From Paraclostridium sordellii (lineage in GTDB: Bacteria > Bacillota > Clostridia > Peptostreptococcales > Peptostreptococcaceae), in NCBI RefSeq assembly GCF_000953675.1, contig NZ_LN679998.1:1819963-1843962 (forward strand): DNA of 24,000 nucleotides, read 5' to 3'. Positions 1-8,155 of the stretch are shown piece after piece. Under the pieces are notes generated by a model. That model had not been told where the DNA came from and searched no databases. It saw nothing but the letters and a program-made list of their open reading frames with translations. How positions within the stretch are numbered: the first letter of the stretch is position 1; the number at the start of each line of letters is the position of its first letter. A program made the translations under genes and the position numbers.

Positions 1-1437
1 TATAGAATCTATAAATCCATGAGAAATTAATGTATTGATAAAAGTTTTTAGTTCCTCTTGTGAATAATCTTTCATTATCCCATATGTAGATAATTTATCA
101 AATCCAAACTGTAACACTTTTTTATTTTTAGATCCTCTCAATACATCTATTATCATAGTTATTCCAAAACTTCTTTTCATCCTAGCTATACATGATATAA
201 CTTTCTGTGCATCAAGAGTTTTATCAATCAACTCTCCTGTATCTAAACAATTACTACAATTATTACAATTGCCTTCAAATTCTTCTCCAAAGTAATTAAT
301 TATACTTTTTCTATAACAATCATTACTATATATTATATCTAACATTTCTCGCAGTTTTTTATATTGTAGATTTTTTCTATCTGGATTTTCACTTCCTAAT
401 TCAATCAAATATTTTTGTATATGAACATCACCTGGAGCAAATAATAATACACATTCACTTTTTTCACCATCTCTACCAGCTCTACCTATCTCTTGATAAT
501 AGTTTTCTATACTCTGAGGCATATTATAATGTATAACATATCTAATATTTGGTTTATCTATACCCATTCCAAAGGCATTTGTAGCAACCATTATACTTAC
601 GTTGTCTTTTGTAAAAGCTTCTTGATTTAATCTTCTTTCCTCAATTCCTAAGCCAGCATGATATTTAGAAGCACTATATCCTCTTTTAATTAGTCCTTCA
701 TAAATTTTATCTACTTCTTTTCTTGTTGCAGTATAGATTATACCACTTTCACTTTTATGATTTTCTAAATAAGATAGTAAATACTTATTTTTGCTAGAAG
801 ATTTTTCTATCTTAATATTAAGATTTTCACGATTAAACCCAGTTATAAACAATTTAGGATTGTCTAATGTTAATAACCTTATGATATCTTCTCTAACTTC
901 AATAGAAGCAGTTGCTGTAAATGCAGTTACAATAGGCCTAGACTCTAAGCTATTTATAAAACTAGAAATTTTTCTATAACTTACTCTAAAATCATGTCCC
1001 CATTGCGATACACAGTGAGCTTCATCTATAGCAATTTGGCTTATAGTTTTATATCTTATTATACTTGTAAATTCATAAGAATCTAATCTTTCTGGAGCTA
1101 TATATATGATTTTATATTCGTCTTCTTTTATTCCATTTATTACCTTGTTAAAATCTAAACTAGATAAAGAACTATTTATTAAAGTAGCATTAATTCCCAT
1201 AGATTTTAAAGTATCTACTTGGTCCTTCATTAAAGATATAAGAGGTGAAATAACTATTGTTATACCATTTAACATAAGTGCTGGAATTTGATAACAAATA
1301 GATTTTCCCCCACCAGTTGGCATTATTGCTAATATGTCATTTCCATTTAAAATGTTATTTATTATTTCTTCTTGACCTTTTCTAAATGTTGTATATCCAT
1401 AATATTTTTTCAATATATCTAATGATTTTAAATTCAT
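1..1437 (-). CDS. recQ: ATP-dependent DNA helicase RecQ (N-terminal ~479 codons; C-terminus lies beyond the window start)
   Basis: Minus-strand frame is open from the ATG at 1437..1435 (SD AGGAG 8 nt upstream) to the window edge. This explains its absence from the ORF track, since there is no stop inside the window. Translation starts MNLKSLDILKKYYGYTTFRKGQEEIINNIL. It shows helicase motif I MPTGGGKS, motif II DEAHCVSQWGHDFR, motif VI QEIGRAGRDG and the RecQ-Ct Zn cluster CYRKSIINYFGE..CNNCSNC. Confidence 0.9.
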   Translation of the reverse strand, partial: MNLKSLDILKKYYGYTTFRKGQEEIINNILNGNDILAIMPTGGGKSICYQIPALMLNGITIVISPLISLMKDQVDTLKSMGINATLINSSLSSLDFNKVINGIKEDEYKIIYIAPERLDSYEFTSIIRYKTISQIAIDEAHCVSQWGHDFRVSYRKISSFINSLESRPIVTAFTATASIEVREDIIRLLTLDNPKLFITGFNRENLNIKIEKSSSKNKYLLSYLENHKSESGIIYTATRKEVDKIYEGLIKRGYSASKYHAGLGIEERRLNQEAFTKDNVSIMVATNAFGMGIDKPNIRYVIHYNMPQSIENYYQEIGRAGRDGEKSECVLLFAPGDVHIQKYLIELGSENPDRKNLQYKKLREMLDIIYSNDCYRKSIINYFGEEFEGNCNNCSNCLDTGELIDKTLDAQKVISCIARMKRSFGITMIIDVLRGSKNKKVLQFGFDKLSTYGIMKDYSQEELKTFINTLISHGFIDSI

Positions 1438-1503
1438 TTTATCAACTCCTAATGAATAAAAATTGTATATTTTAAGAGACGTTATTCTCATAACAAAAGT
1501 TTT

Positions 1504-1548
1504 CAAAAACAAGAAAACTCCTTAAATATGCAAGCATACTTAAGGAGT
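1504..1548 (-). terminator. Intrinsic terminator downstream of the cold-shock gene
   Basis: Inverted repeat ACTCCTTAA (1517-1525) / TTAAGGAGT (1540-1548) with inner pairing TATGC/GCATA. On the minus strand it is followed by TTTTCTTGTTTTT. Confidence 0.7.
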
Positions 1549-1570
1549 GTTATATACTATATTATATAAA

Positions 1571-1771
1571 TTATGCTAAAGTAACGTTAGCAGCTTGAGG
1601 TCCTCTAGCACCTTCAACTATTTCAAAGTTAACAGCTTGACCTTCTTCTAATGATTTGTATCCATCTCTTTGTATAGCTGAGAAATGTACGAATACGTCA
1701 TCTCCACCTTCTACAGATATAAATCCAAATCCTTTTTCATTGTTAAACCATTTTACTATTCCTTGTTTCAT
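1571..1771 (-). CDS. Cold-shock protein, CspA family (66 aa)
   Basis: [33 protein letters not shown] carries the RNP-1 (KGFGFI) and RNP-2 (VFVHF) motifs. ATG start with SD AGGAGGA upstream. Confidence 0.95.
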   Translation of the reverse strand: MKQGIVKWFNNEKGFGFISVEGGDDVFVHFSAIQRDGYKSLEEGQAVNFEIVEGARGPQAANVTLA

Positions 1772-1831
1772 TATGGAATCCTCCTAAAAATTAAAGCACA
1801 ATCTTTCAGCACTTCTTTACTATTTACTATA

Positions 1832-1860
1832 ATAATAGCATATATATTTGTTAAATACAA
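1832..1860 (-). promoter_or_regulatory. Putative sigma-A promoter of the cold-shock gene
   Basis: Minus strand reads TTGTAT (1860..1855), a 17-nt spacer, then TGC-TATTAT (extended -10, 1837..1832). It sits about 60 nt upstream of the ATG. AT-rich background makes false positives likely. Confidence 0.4.
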
Positions 1861-1904
1861 GCGTTTTACCAAATAATTGTTTAAAATATTGATTAATTAG
1901 TAGT

Positions 1905-4900
1905 TTAGTTGCTTATGAGATTAATTAATTCTTCTTTAGATAACATTTTTATTAAACTTTCGTTTTTAAAATCTTCACTTATTATGCTTTGAATAAGCTC
2001 TTTCTTGTCTTCTTGAAGTTTTAATATATTTTCTTCTATACTTCCTTTAGCTATTAATTTAATAACTTCTACTACATTCTTTTGCCCATATCTATGAGCT
2101 CTATCTGTCGCTTGATTTTCAATAGCAGGATTCCACCATGGGTCAAAATGAATAACTACATCTGCAGATGTAAGATTTAACCCAGTTCCACCTGCTTTTA
2201 ATGAAATTAAAAAGACTCTTATATTTTCATTTTTATTAAACTTATCTACCAAATCAACTCTCTCTTTTGGATTTGTTTTACCATCTAAATAAAAGTATTG
2301 TATATTTTCCTTTTGTAATTCATTACCTATATTTTGTAATACTGATGTAAATTGAGAGAATATAAGTATTTTATGATTATTTTGTATATTATCTTTTACT
2401 ATTTCATTTAAAACATTTATTTTACCACTATCACCTTTATAATTATCTACTTTTATAGCTGGATCTAAGCAAAGTTGTCTAAGAGTTGTTAAATATGAAA
2501 GAATTGTAATTTTATCTTTATCAAAGTCAGTTGATTTCATTTTTTCTTTTATATCTTCCACGTATGTTTTATATACTTTCTTTTGTTCTTCTGACATTTC
2601 TATAAAGAATTTCGTTTCAATTTTGTCAGGAAGTTGCGATAAAACTTCTTTCTTCAATCTTCTTAGCATAAATGGTTGTATTTGTTTCTTTAAATTACAT
2701 AAACTTTCTTGATTCTTTATGAATTTTTCTTGAAACTTATTTTTTGAGTATAAGTATCCAGGCATAATAAAATCAAATATAGACCAAAGCTCTAATAAAT
2801 TATTTTCAATAGGCGTTCCTGTAAGAGCAAATTTAACTTTAGCATTAACTTGTTTTACAGCTTCTGAATTTTGTGAATATGGATTTTTTATATTTTGAGC
2901 TTCATCTATTATACAATAATCAAATGTAAAATTTTGTAATTGATTAAAGTCATTTTTTAAAATTGTATAAGTTGTCAAAATAACATCTTTACTTTCAATT
3001 TGTTTTAATAGTTCTTTTCTTTCATTTTTATTCCCATGTAAAACTAAAACATCTAAATCTGGTGCAAAAGTTTCAAATTCATTTTTCCAGTTATATATAA
3101 GAGAAGTAGGTGCTACTACTAAGCTTTTCTTACCTTTTTCTGAAAGTAAAAAAGATATAGTTTGAATAGTTTTTCCTAATCCCATTTCATCAGCTAATAT
3201 CCCTCCAAATTCCATGTAGCTTAGAGTTTTTAACCATTTAAGACCCTGTAATTGGTATTCTCTTAAATTTGCATTTAGTTCTTTAGGAGCATCTATATTT
3301 ACTTTACTTATAGTCTCAAATTTTTTTGATATTTCATTTATTTTTTCTAAACCTTCAATAAAATTAAACTCATTTTCTTCAATAAAGTTTTTTAAGTATA
3401 AAGAATTCTCATTTCCTAAATTATAAGAAACCTCATTTATATTATTATTCTCATTAATATTTATATCATTTTCTACTTTTCTATCTTTAACATCTTCAAC
3501 TAATTCTAAGAATTTAACCATTTTTTCTTCTTCTAAATCTATATAACTTCCACTATTTAACTTATAGTATTTTCTTTTATTTCTTAGAGCAGACAGTATA
3601 TTTTCTATTTCTGATTTTTCTACATCATCTATATTAAAGTTAAATTCTAAGTAATTTTGTTTATTTAAATTAAAACTTGCTTTTATATCACTACTTTTAT
3701 AAACTTTAACTTTTTTTAGTTTATCTGAATAATATATTTCTCCGAATTTCTTAAGTTCATAAATTTTTTCTTTAAAAAACTCATAAAGTTCATCGGGGCT
3801 AAGTTTACAGATAAGTTTCTCTCCAGATCTTTCAAATCCATATGAGCAAACTATATATTCTATTTCATTTTCTTTTTTAAAGTTTCTTATTATATAACCC
3901 TTATTATTATTTTCATTGTCATCTTTATATATATAATCAAGAAAACAAGTTATACCATGATTTGATTTATCAAAATAAAAATTAACATCTAAATTATTTC
4001 TTATTTGATTTTCTAAAGTTTCATCAAATCTTATATTGTTAGATGCCCTTTTAAGTACAGGTAAAAGACCATTTAATAATCCATCTACATCCTCATTTTT
4101 AAATTCTATTTTTTCATTCTCACATAAAACATCATAAAAAGGTATATAATTATAGCATTGTTTATCTGAGATAAGATATATAATATTATTGAAAAATAGT
4201 ATATCACCCTTATCATTTAATTTTATAATTTTATTACTATTAGATTGCAGCATTAATTTATTTTCTGATTCACTTATAAAGAAATCTAAGTCTATATCAT
4301 CATGTTTTACAATGCTTGAAATATCTGTATTATCATAGGTAAATAAAATTTCCTTATTTACTAACGTAGATAATAATTTTTTTAGTCCACTTTCATGTAT
4401 GTTTAAATATTTTCCATCTATAAGTTTAATGTCATTTTTTGATTCTTTATATATCTTTTGATCTATATTTATATATTCTTCCATTAAATTTACAATTGCT
4501 TCATCTTCTTTAGAAAAGTAATCATTTATAGGGTTGTATTCAAAGTCTTTTCCGTATTTTATATTATTTTTTTCTTTTCTTGAATATATAAATTCAGGAA
4601 TACTTTTTAATACATACATTCTTTCATTACCAATTTTAAAGCTAACTTGATAATAGGTCCCTATATTACCCTTTTTTTGAGAAAGATACACATCTATATT
4701 TATTTTTCTACTTTTGGTCAATCTTTCCTTTGCAAGACGAATAATTTGTTTAGATGGATCTAGTTCTTTTTCCTTTTTCTTTTTATCTTGTTTCTGTTTT
4801 TTTATTTGTTTTTGTAACATATCTATATAAAGCAGAAAAGTTGCTACATTGTGTTTGCATATAAAATTTGAGTTTTCCCCTTCATTGTTTATAAAATCTA

Positions 4901-5135
4901 TGCAATTGCATCTAGCCTTTATTATTTTCTTTCTTTTCAAATCTATTTCAAGTGATGTATAGTAAATTTCGTTTGAGAAATCTGCACCTATTATTCCATC
5001 AATTGTAAGTATACCATTTTGTATTTGTGGAGTAACTTGATCTACTATTCCTTTTTTATAGTAAGTATAACCTCTAGCCCACATAGACTTTGTTGTACTT
5101 TCCATTACTACATCTATTAATTCTTTAAGTTGCAA
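1905..5135 (-). CDS. SWIM zinc-finger / SNF2-family (Swi2/Snf2) helicase, YwqA-like
   Basis: SWIM signature CxC-x14-CxH (CNCIDF..ICKHNVA, aa 79-98 of the maximal ORF). SNF2 motifs present: LADEMGLGKT (I), IIDEAQNIKN (II), LTGTPIENN (III), QATDRAHRYGQ (VI). The ORF is open to a GTG at 5144, but the SD GAGAGGTGA (5141-5149) overlaps that codon. The in-frame TTG at 5135 is correctly spaced, so it is the preferred start. Confidence 0.85.
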   Translation of the reverse strand: MQLKELIDVVMESTTKSMWARGYTYYKKGIVDQVTPQIQNGILTIDGIIGADFSNEIYYTSLEIDLKRKKIIKARCNCIDFINNEGENSNFICKHNVATFLLYIDMLQKQIKKQKQDKKKKEKELDPSKQIIRLAKERLTKSRKINIDVYLSQKKGNIGTYYQVSFKIGNERMYVLKSIPEFIYSRKEKNNIKYGKDFEYNPINDYFSKEDEAIVNLMEEYINIDQKIYKESKNDIKLIDGKYLNIHESGLKKLLSTLVNKEILFTYDNTDISSIVKHDDIDLDFFISESENKLMLQSNSNKIIKLNDKGDILFFNNIIYLISDKQCYNYIPFYDVLCENEKIEFKNEDVDGLLNGLLPVLKRASNNIRFDETLENQIRNNLDVNFYFDKSNHGITCFLDYIYKDDNENNNKGYIIRNFKKENEIEYIVCSYGFERSGEKLICKLSPDELYEFFKEKIYELKKFGEIYYSDKLKKVKVYKSSDIKASFNLNKQNYLEFNFNIDDVEKSEIENILSALRNKRKYYKLNSGSYIDLEEEKMVKFLELVEDVKDRKVENDININENNNINEVSYNLGNENSLYLKNFIEENEFNFIEGLEKINEISKKFETISKVNIDAPKELNANLREYQLQGLKWLKTLSYMEFGGILADEMGLGKTIQTISFLLSEKGKKSLVVAPTSLIYNWKNEFETFAPDLDVLVLHGNKNERKELLKQIESKDVILTTYTILKNDFNQLQNFTFDYCIIDEAQNIKNPYSQNSEAVKQVNAKVKFALTGTPIENNLLELWSIFDFIMPGYLYSKNKFQEKFIKNQESLCNLKKQIQPFMLRRLKKEVLSQLPDKIETKFFIEMSEEQKKVYKTYVEDIKEKMKSTDFDKDKITILSYLTTLRQLCLDPAIKVDNYKGDSGKINVLNEIVKDNIQNNHKILIFSQFTSVLQNIGNELQKENIQYFYLDGKTNPKERVDLVDKFNKNENIRVFLISLKAGGTGLNLTSADVVIHFDPWWNPAIENQATDRAHRYGQKNVVEVIKLIAKGSIEENILKLQEDKKELIQSIISEDFKNESLIKMLSKEELINLISN

Positions 5136-5167
5136 CTTTCTCACCTCTCATTTTTTGGCATCTTTTT

Positions 5168-5176
5168 ATTATAGCA
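5168..5176 (-). promoter_or_regulatory. Putative extended -10 (TGCTATAAT) for the SNF2 gene
   Basis: Minus strand reads TGCTATAAT about 25-30 nt upstream of the candidate start codons. No good -35 element. Confidence 0.3.
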
Positions 5177-5214
5177 TATTTATTTAACTTATTTGTAAAA
5201 ATAATTTTTTACTA

Positions 5215-5263
5215 AAATAAAATAAAAACAATGAGTGCTATCTCATAAGATATCACTCATTGT
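5215..5263 (-). terminator. Intrinsic terminator of the esterase gene
   Basis: 10-bp stem ACAATGAGTG (5228-5237) / CACTCATTGT (5254-5263), immediately after the stop codon. The minus strand continues TTTTTATTTTATTTT. Confidence 0.75.
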
Positions 5264-5265
5264 TT

Positions 5266-6024
5266 TTATTTTATTTCAGCTTTATTCTGATAATTGCTTT
5301 TTATAAATTCTAAAATCTGTTCAAATACCTCTTCGTGTTTTGGCCCTAAAGTTAAGCTATGTGTCCCCTTTTCTATCCATACGAGTTCTTTATTTTTGCT
5401 TGCGATTCCATTGTATAATGCGTATGCACTTTCTTTTTTAACTTGAGAATCATTTTTATCTTGTATTATCAATGTATCTGAATTTATACCTTTTAAACAA
5501 CTACTTGCAGCCCTAGACGCAAGATACAATTGATAGACTGAATGTATAGGAAATACATTATAATTTAACTTATATTTTCTATAATCATCATCAATATAGT
5601 TGTTTGTACTTTTCCATTCAGTATACTTTTTAAAATATTTTAAAATGCCCGTATATTTTACCCATCTATTATTAGGTTTAAGTGCACACGCTAAACATAT
5701 AAGTTTATCTACATGGTAGTTAGATGCTAACATTAAAGCTAAAAGACCTCCCATAGAATGTCCTATTACAACTACTTCTTCACATTCAAATAATAACTCT
5801 TCATATGCCTTTTCAACATCATTATACCAATCTATATAAGATACTTTTAGAAGTTCGTCATGATTAGTTCCATGTCCACTTAAAAGAATAGAATAAACTG
5901 TATATCCATTGTTATTTAAAAATTTAGCTAATGGATACATCTCTGCTGGCGTACTAGTAAATCCATGTATTAATAAACATCCAATTTCATTTCCAGCTAA
6001 CTTATATGATTTTTTAAAATCCAC
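5266..6024 (-). CDS. Alpha/beta-hydrolase, Est-type carboxylesterase / monoacylglycerol-lipase-like (252 aa)
   Basis: LLIHGFTSTP oxyanion region and GHSMGG nucleophile elbow. C-terminal D (KNDS) and H (GTHS) are catalytic candidates. GTG start at 6024 with GGGGAGA SD upstream. Confidence 0.75.
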   Translation of the reverse strand: MDFKKSYKLAGNEIGCLLIHGFTSTPAEMYPLAKFLNNNGYTVYSILLSGHGTNHDELLKVSYIDWYNDVEKAYEELLFECEEVVVIGHSMGGLLALMLASNYHVDKLICLACALKPNNRWVKYTGILKYFKKYTEWKSTNNYIDDDYRKYKLNYNVFPIHSVYQLYLASRAASSCLKGINSDTLIIQDKNDSQVKKESAYALYNGIASKNKELVWIEKGTHSLTLGPKHEEVFEQILEFIKSNYQNKAEIK

Positions 6025-6110
6025 GCTATCTCATCTCCCCTAATAACTCTCAAAATAATTACCAATTTATATATATAATTTATTTGATTTCTAAAATTAA
6101 CCTTTTTATA

Positions 6111-6139
6111 AGTATATCATTTATTAGGTTTTCTTACAA
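6111..6139 (-). promoter_or_regulatory. Putative sigma-A promoter of the esterase gene
   Basis: Minus strand reads TTGTAA (6139..6134), a 17-nt spacer, then TATACT (6116..6111). Confidence 0.35.
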
Positions 6140-6147
6140 TTTGAAAT

Positions 6148-6174
6148 AGCCTGTGTAATTTTTTACACAGGCTA
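6148..6174 (-). terminator. Terminator of the aminotransferase/ECF-S operon
   Basis: 11-bp stem AGCCTGTGTAA / TTACACAGGCT with a 5-nt loop, 4 nt after the stop codon. The T-tract is weak (ATTTCAAATT). Confidence 0.65.
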
Positions 6175-6177
6175 AAT

Positions 6178-6708
6178 TTATTTAATGTATTTTTTTAATA
6201 TTTTAGCTATAGGAACACCTATAACAATCCCAATTATTATTTGAGTTATGTTTCCTGGAATAGATGCTAGTGCTTGAATTTGATTTCCATACAAAATCAG
6301 TTCAGTTACAAAATATCCAAAAATCATCCATACTCCTGATACAATTATAGCTATGATATTTGTAAAAATATTATTCCCTTTTTTTCTATTTGACCAAGCA
6401 ATAGTTCCTATTATATATCCCATAATACCTCTAATTATAAAAGTAAATGGTGCCCAAATTACCCACTCTGATAGTAAATCAAATAAACCCATGCCAAAGG
6501 CTCCTGCAAAAGCTCCTTTTTTCTTTCCAAATACTATTGCAGATATAAATAACATAGTATTTCCTAAATGAACTAAACCCCCATTAGATGTTATGGGTAA
6601 TCTTATATTTATAAATCTTGTAGCAACAAATACTAATGCTATAAGTAAAGAGGTTTCTACCAAATCTATTGTTCTAATTTTTTGATTATTTTTATTTAGA
6701 GCTTCCAT
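6178..6708 (-). CDS. ECF-transporter S (substrate-capture) component-like membrane protein, substrate unknown (176 aa)
   Basis: About 6 hydrophobic helices. Size and pattern (TxLLIALVFVATRF.., GAFAGAFGMGLFDLL, final basic tail) are typical of ECF S components. Start is 17 nt after the aminotransferase stop, with SD GAGGGGGGAGA. Confidence 0.55.
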   Translation of the reverse strand: MEALNKNNQKIRTIDLVETSLLIALVFVATRFINIRLPITSNGGLVHLGNTMLFISAIVFGKKKGAFAGAFGMGLFDLLSEWVIWAPFTFIIRGIMGYIIGTIAWSNRKKGNNIFTNIIAIIVSGVWMIFGYFVTELILYGNQIQALASIPGNITQIIIGIVIGVPIAKILKKYIK

Positions 6709-6725
6709 TTTGCAATCTCCCCCCT

Positions 6726-7868
6726 CTATTTATAGTTTTTATTAAACAATTCAACCAAACACCCATTTCCAATAAATCCTAATTTACTTAAACTTATATC
6801 TAGTATATTTAATATATATATTAATCTTTCTAGTCGTGCATTTTCACCCATATGTCCAATTCTTAAAATTTTATCTTTATACTCACCTAATGATGTTCCT
6901 ATTATAATATTATATTGTTTCCTTATGTACTCGCTTAAATTTAAAGCTCCTATATTTTCAGGTACTAAAACTCCAGTTACAGTATTTGAATAATCTGAGT
7001 CTAAAAATAATTCTAGACCATACTCTATAAGTGCTTTTCTAAGTGCAATAGCAATTTTATTGTGTCTATTTAAAACATTAGTTACACCCTCATCTAGTAT
7101 ATTATCTATTGCAACATTCAAGCTTAAAATATCACTAATTGGCATTGTATAAGGAAATTCCTTTATTTCATAATAATTTTCCCAAATTTTAAGATTACAG
7201 TAAAATCCCATAACATTACTTTTTCTATTTTTTATACATTCTTTAGCTTTTTCACTTATTCCAACAATAGTTAATCCAGGTTGAGCTGATATTGCTTTTT
7301 GAGAAGCTCCTAGAATAATATCTATTTTCCATTCATCAACTAAAAGTTCTTCTCCTACCATGGCAGAAACAGAATCAACTACAGTAATTATTTCGTATTT
7401 ATTTAACATTGTGCAAATATCTTTTATATTATTTAAAACTCCTGTTGGAGTATCACAGTGAACTATCGTTGCATATTTAAAATCACTATCCTGTTCTAAA
7501 AATTCCCTAAGTTTACTTGTGTCTACACCATTTTTATAAGAACCTCTAAAAAAAACTACTTCTCCCCCATACATTTTAACAAAGTCTGAAAACCCATTTC
7601 CAAATATTCCATTATCTATTACTAATACTCTATCTCCTTTTTCTGTTAGTGATGCACATGCAGCTTCTAACCCTAATATTCCTTCACCATTTAATATGTA
7701 TATATCATTTTTTGTATTTATTATTTTCCCAATTTTATCACAAGTACTCTTATAAAATTCAACAAAGTCTCCATCTACATCTGGATTTGTTGTTATACTT
7801 GATCTAACCTGTCTAACATTTTCTTTTATATTACTTGGGCCTGGCATATAAGTTATTTTACTATTCAT
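6726..7868 (-). CDS. Class-V pyridoxal-phosphate aminotransferase (serine/alanine-glyoxylate or serine-pyruvate type), 380 aa
   Basis: Class-V layout: the N-terminus begins with the ..MPGPS.. motif, then HCDTPTGV, VDSVSA and the PLP-lysine motif GASQKA. SD AAGGGAGTGA upstream of the ATG. Confidence 0.8.
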   Translation of the reverse strand: MNSKITYMPGPSNIKENVRQVRSSITTNPDVDGDFVEFYKSTCDKIGKIINTKNDIYILNGEGILGLEAACASLTEKGDRVLVIDNGIFGNGFSDFVKMYGGEVVFFRGSYKNGVDTSKLREFLEQDSDFKYATIVHCDTPTGVLNNIKDICTMLNKYEIITVVDSVSAMVGEELLVDEWKIDIILGASQKAISAQPGLTIVGISEKAKECIKNRKSNVMGFYCNLKIWENYYEIKEFPYTMPISDILSLNVAIDNILDEGVTNVLNRHNKIAIALRKALIEYGLELFLDSDYSNTVTGVLVPENIGALNLSEYIRKQYNIIIGTSLGEYKDKILRIGHMGENARLERLIYILNILDISLSKLGFIGNGCLVELFNKNYK

Positions 7869-7988
7869 AAATAATCACTCCCTTTTAAATATCTACACTT
7901 AAATTTTATATGATTTTTTTATTTAATGATACACTTTGAATTTATTTAGTCTTTGTATCCATACAATAATTATTAAAATTAAACTTCA

Positions 7989-8022
7989 TAAAAAAATAGA
8001 TGCATATACATGCATCTATTTT
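7989..8022 (-). terminator. Intrinsic terminator (palindromic, potentially bidirectional)
   Basis: Stem ATAGATGCAT (7996-8005) / ATGCATCTAT (8010-8019), flanked by an A-run and a T-run. The minus strand ends in TTTTTTTA. Confidence 0.7.
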
Positions 8023-8100
8023 CAGGGTTAATGTTTTGTTTTTAGGGTTGTAATATTAATTATTCGGGAGGTATTTATCCTTTAATTAAATACTACTATT
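8023..8100 (-). ncRNA. Candidate C-rich small RNA or structured 3'UTR ending at the 7989-8022 terminator
   Basis: Minus strand reads ..ACCTCCCGAA..(24 nt)..ACAACCCTAAAAAC..(9 nt)..TTAACCCTGAAAA and then the terminator. That is three C-triplets on one strand in about 50 nt of otherwise very AT-rich spacer. There are few complementary G-runs to pair them. No ORF fits on either strand. Confidence 0.25.
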
Positions 8101-8155
8101 TGCTTATGAATTTCATATGAACTTAATATGAATAATTCTAAAATTTAAAAAAGTA

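Noticed and set aside
791-1291. Plus-strand ORFs 791..979 and 1106..1291 from the track
   Set aside because: They lie entirely antisense to the well-supported recQ frame. They have no SD and their translations are low-complexity. These are shadow ORFs typical of AT-rich DNA.
1685-1876. Plus-strand ORF 1685..1876
   Set aside because: It is antisense to the csp gene and its promoter/5'UTR. It has no SD and an implausible Phe/Tyr/Ile-rich translation.
6353-6571. Plus-strand ORF 6353..6571
   Set aside because: Antisense shadow of the ECF S-component gene.
8023-8100. preQ1-I-like riboswitch (ACCCUAAAAACAAAAC resembles the A-rich tail) controlling the ECF S-component operon
   Set aside because: The required P1 stem partner (AGGG/CAGGG 5' of the CCCU) is absent on the minus strand. 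No other riboswitch class was recognisable. The element is kept only as a generic C-rich RNA candidate.
8060-8110. Plus-strand SD-like GGGAGGT at 8066-8072 as the start of a small plus-strand ORF
   Set aside because: No ATG/GTG/TTG lies 4-12 nt downstream, and a stop (TAA) follows within a few codons in all frames.
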